Positions 59,971-64,000 of a DNA stretch of 64,000 bases are shown here, in pieces. The translations under genes and the position numbers were made by a program. The first letter of the stretch is position 1, and every line of letters begins with the position of its first letter. Under the pieces are notes generated by a model. That model made no database searches. It saw nothing but the letters and a program-made list of their open reading frames with translations, and was not told the origin of the DNA. The DNA comes from Klebsormidium nitens (taxonomy: Eukaryota > Plantae > Klebsormidiophyceae): positions 62,001-126,000 of the forward strand of contig DF236957.1 in the NCBI GenBank assembly GCA_000708835.1. The letters are read 5' to 3'.

Positions 59971-62900
59971 TCAGCACGAGCACGAAGTCCTCGCCCTTAG
60001 CTGAGCCTTCAGGTCAGCCTCAGCTGGCAGGTAGAGGTAGGAGTAAAAAAGTATGGACGGAAGACCGGAAACCTGGAAGAACGGAACAACGGAACAGCGG
60101 AAAGCCTCACCCTTAACGGCGCCGGAAGGGGCCTCCAGGTCAGCTTCGGTTGCCAGGTCGTCGTCCTTGTACTTGTACTTGTCGAGTGTACCCGTGCTGG
60201 CCTTGTAGACGACGATGCCGATGACGAAAATCCAGTAAATGATGTAAGTGATGACGTGGATGAACGTCGGGTCGCACGTGTAGCCGACCAGGGCCTTGGC
60301 CAGCTCGAAGAAGCCTTGGTCCTGCGGAGCATGAGAACTAGGTAAGGGCGAAATCGTAGAAGTTTGGAGAAAGAATCTCAGGGACAGATTACGTGACATT
60401 GCTTCAGGCCTCGAATGCATTCAGAAATTGGTGACCAGAAGACCAGGAGATACGTTTCTGCTGTCGCTCAGAAAAGAAGACATGACTGGATTTGGAGCGA
60501 GTAAGCAGTTGCACGGTTTGCCGCAAACTATGCGTTCTCTACATACATCCAGATAGTCGCTTTCTGTGAACACTGGCTCTACTCATCCTTGAGCACTTGA
60601 AAACTTTTGTACTGACCCGCTGCAAGAAGAAGCGTATCAATGTTCTTTGGCGGATCGTGCGTGTGAGACTGCCACCGTACACTTTCGGGACTACAGACCA
60701 AGCAGATTGTCGGAACCAGGGCGTGATCAAAGAGAGCCTCTTACGTCGTTGCTGCAGCAGTCGCAGATGTTCCACAGGGGCTTGTTATGCCACGGAACGC
60801 TCTTCTCCTCCTCTTCCATCTCCTCAAGAGCGGACGGCGCCAGGGCCTCCGTTTCCGTCTCCTCCTCCTCCTCTTCTTCCTCTCCGTAGTAGCCAAACGC
60901 GCCCGCCTGCGTTAAGAGATGGTTTAGGATGTCATGAACAAACACTTTGGATTAGGTTCGCTTCTGGTACAAATGTCTGTATTTGGATTAGTACGGCTCG
61001 AAGGTCGAGGTTTTTTGGGTTAGTGAAGCCTGCCGACTTGAGGGCGTGGAGCTGATGAACATCGCGCTCGCCTCTTTTCCTCTCTGCCGCAGCTGAATAT
61101 GCTGGTCTGGGAAGAGATGGGAGTCGGGGGCAAACATTGCCCCCAGCAAATCACTGCTTTGGAGCGTCCGGTTGAATATCAAAGGTCAAGCGGCAGATTC
61201 AAAGCCACATTGGTCTTCGGTCACGAGTTTTATCGCATGGAATGGGGAAGAACTAGGCAATCATCTGAGTTTGCTCTCATGCCACGGCTTGGTTCAGAAA
61301 GTAAGGCGGGTTTTTCTGGACGCAATGGAGCCATGTGTCGCTCCCCTTCTTCTATCTTTGGCAGAAGACCTTGCCCAACTGGTAATAAGGTAAAGACGCT
61401 CAGAATACCAGTCTGCTCTTGGGTCTCTCCGAACGAGTAAAAGTACTGTTGAAGCACACCTCTGTCTCATGTATGTCTACTTCTGAGTTGAAGTATTGTT
61501 GCAGCACCTCTCGCTCATATGCGGCTACTTCTCAGTGGAAGAGAAATGGTGGGTCAATACAGTCAGAAAAAGGGGTTTCGAAGAGCAGGTTAGACTAACC
61601 TCCTGGAATTCGTGCATTCCCGTCATCATGAGACCGGCAGCCAAGAAGAGGAGGATCACGGTCGAGATGACGAAGAACCACTTGAGCTGGACGGGCTTCA
61701 ACCTGCAAAAGAGTTTGGACGGGTTTCAGCTTGAATCTAGTTTGAGTCTAACTCCGGTCGAAACCAGCTCGTACTGTGTTCGGACTCAAGCTGTAGTGGT
61801 TTCGGCAGAGGTTCGGATTGGGTTAGGACTGGGTTGAAACTGGATTCGAACTGGGTTTGGACTTCGTGTGGGCTGAAATTGAACAGTGTCTTGATCCAAC
61901 CCCAAGATCTTCTGAGCATCCAAAGGGCAAAGTCACAGACGTAGCTTTAAAATATGCGAACAGCAGGACAAAGAGTAACAGCACTGAACTAAAACAAAGA
62001 AGAAATTAGTCATGGTATGCACAGACGCAGCACACCAGCCCACACCATCAGGTTGAAGGCCTTTTTGCTCCATTCCTACTCTGTTTTGATTTGAAAAGAG
62101 CCGGAAATATGTTGTGCCTTTCAGGTTATGGACTAACTTAGATACTTGCGAGAATGCAGACAGGATGCAGGTGCTATGCTACTTCCCCTCACAAAAGAGA
62201 CTTCGATCCGCTCAAGCGCACCGAGTTTGACTTACCCGAAGAAGAGGACGTAACCTAGGGAGACTCCCAACAGAGCGCCGACGATTCCTCCCAGGGGGAT
62301 GGCTTTCCAGGGCGTATCGACCCCCACTCCAGCAAGGAACAAGACGGACTCAATCCCCTCACGAAGAACGGCAGTGAAAGCGATGAGGAACAGGGCGTAG
62401 GTGATTGTGAACGCAGTCTTGCCTTCGAGCGCCTGCAAGAAAAAGCAGTCTTTTGAGCATCAAAAGAAGCGGTGTTAAGGAGATGTATGGGGGGGAGAGG
62501 ATAGCAGAAAATTTGGAAAAACCTCTTGCGATTGTAGGGACTAACAAAAAGGAGCATTGAAAAATGAACTCAGTTACTTTTGCAGGTTCCCCAGACCACG
62601 AGATTTGAGGACCAGACTAAAATGTTCAGCTTTACCCAAATAGGAAGCAGCCCTGTCTTCTTGTTAAGAGGCATTGCTACATGTATTCAGACGACAAATG
62701 TAAACCCAGAAGCTACACTTTTAAAGTACAGAAAGGCTTCAAAGAGGGACCTTCACTTTCTTCCTCGCAGTCAGGCAAGAAGCAACAGAAACCAGACCAC
62801 GGTTGAAAACCTCAGTCTGTTACTTTTGACACATGAAAAGCGCAGAAGGAGGATATGCAAAACACGAAGAAACAAACCCCGTACTCTTTCCCTTTACCTC

Positions 62901-63474
62901 GAGCGCGGACTTCTTGAGCTTGCGGTTCCACTTGTCCTGGAGCGCCATCATCTTGAGCATGCCAAACGCGAGGATTGTGATCATGACCGACGCAATGACG
63001 GATATGACGCCCTCAAATATCTGCTCGCCTTTGCCCTCAAAGACCTCGTTATCTGAAGAGTGCGAGCGGAGAGTCAGCTCAGACCTTTTCACATCCCTGC
63101 ATGTTTGTGCAAGAAATCAATCCGGAATAATCTGAATTGGATCGAACAAAGAGACATTGACCGCCGCTCGTTGACGTCTCAGCGATGCGGTTTCATCCTT
63201 GGAGGCACCGAGGATTCTCAGTCCCCTGTGGATGGCTGAGGCGGATCAAACTTGCGATGATAAGGCTGGCGGCAAGCAGGAAAACAGCACATCTAGGCAC
63301 TGAACCAGCATCATTTCTTCCAGAGGCCTTTGCTTGTGATTCAGATTCTGGTGGAGGGAAGTTGCATGCTGGATGGGTGGCTTGTGCAGCCCTCACCTAG
63401 TGTGTAGTAGATAACAATGAAGATGACTGCAAATATGATGGAGAGGAGAAGGCCCAGCCCCGCGCCAAACCATA
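59971..63474 (-). CDS. FTR1: High-affinity iron permease, Ftr1 family (5' end lies beyond the window)
   Basis: Exons 63474-63397 (VWFGAGLGLLLSIIFAVIFIVIYYTL), 63052-62898 (EQIFEGVISVIASVMIT), 62432-62236 (FTAVLREGIESVLFLAG, the RExxE motif), 61702-61600 (FFVISTVILLFLAAGLMMTGMHEFQE), 60906-60745 (AGAFG...poly-E...LWNICDCCSND), 60321-60111 (QGFFELAKALVGY...YIIYWIFVI), 60023-59971. The phases are consistent. The first RExxE exon is not in the window. Confidence 0.92.
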
Positions 63475-64000
63475 CTGCAACAGAACGAAGTGCGGTTAGC
63501 ATAATGCAGGGACAGAACGCTGAGAGAGATTAGGTCAAAGTAAGGGACACACCATGGCTTGACGGTGGCAAAGTGTGGCTGCCGGAAGACCGAGATTATT
63601 AGGATTCTACCAGACGCATTGGCGGAGACAAACTGGTCAAGACAACAGAATGTTGGGAAAGTTTCAAAGCTCTTTTGGGGTCGCAGAACAAAAGGCGCAC
63701 CTTGCAGGTTTTTCAAAAGCTTGCAGCTTGAGAGGTACACTGACAATGCTTGAGCAGCGACCAGCTACCCAAAGGTGGGTAACAATTGAGAGTTTTGGTT
63801 TCTGGCACTCTTGGCATATGTTGCTCTGGGAGCTCTCTAAGAAAGGCACAGGAAAGGCACTACAAACCATCCACTGCAAGGGAGCTCCACGAGCCACATT
63901 GGCGTTGCTCAGGTCATCAGAAGGGAGCGCCTCATTCCAATCACTCTACCACCAGTCAACTTCAGCAGTCAGTTGTCTCTCGTGCATATATCTTCTATGT

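Noticed and set aside
61730-61870. Degenerate ~12-nt repeats (actgggtt..) in an FTR1 intron
   Set aside because: Too degenerate to define a unit or a function.

Overview
Intron-rich eukaryotic genomic DNA. Plant-type gene content, GT/GC-AG introns and TTTTAGGG repeats suggest a streptophyte green alga such as Klebsormidium (inference). I hand-spliced nine protein-coding genes. They are a BSD-domain protein (+), a secreted ependymin-like protein with a His9 insert (-), coatomer beta' COPB2/SEC27 (+), an N-acylated disordered protein (+), an LRR ectodomain fused to an XK-like multi-pass membrane domain with a 1-bp frameshift (+), an F-box/LRR-like protein (-), a CRIB-RopGAP (-), NEDD1/GCP-WD (+) and a fungal/algal-type Ftr1 iron permease whose 5' end lies beyond the window (-). 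There is one assembly gap (48254-48540). I saw no rRNA, tRNA, CRISPR array or intact transposon. The most notable items are the kinase-less LRR + XK/scramblase-like fusion, the ependymin-like protein, and recurrent decayed tandem copies of exon edges (splice site plus exon end, mostly about 147-175 bp period) in the introns of three unrelated housekeeping genes. All family assignments come from motif recognition by eye; no database searches were run.
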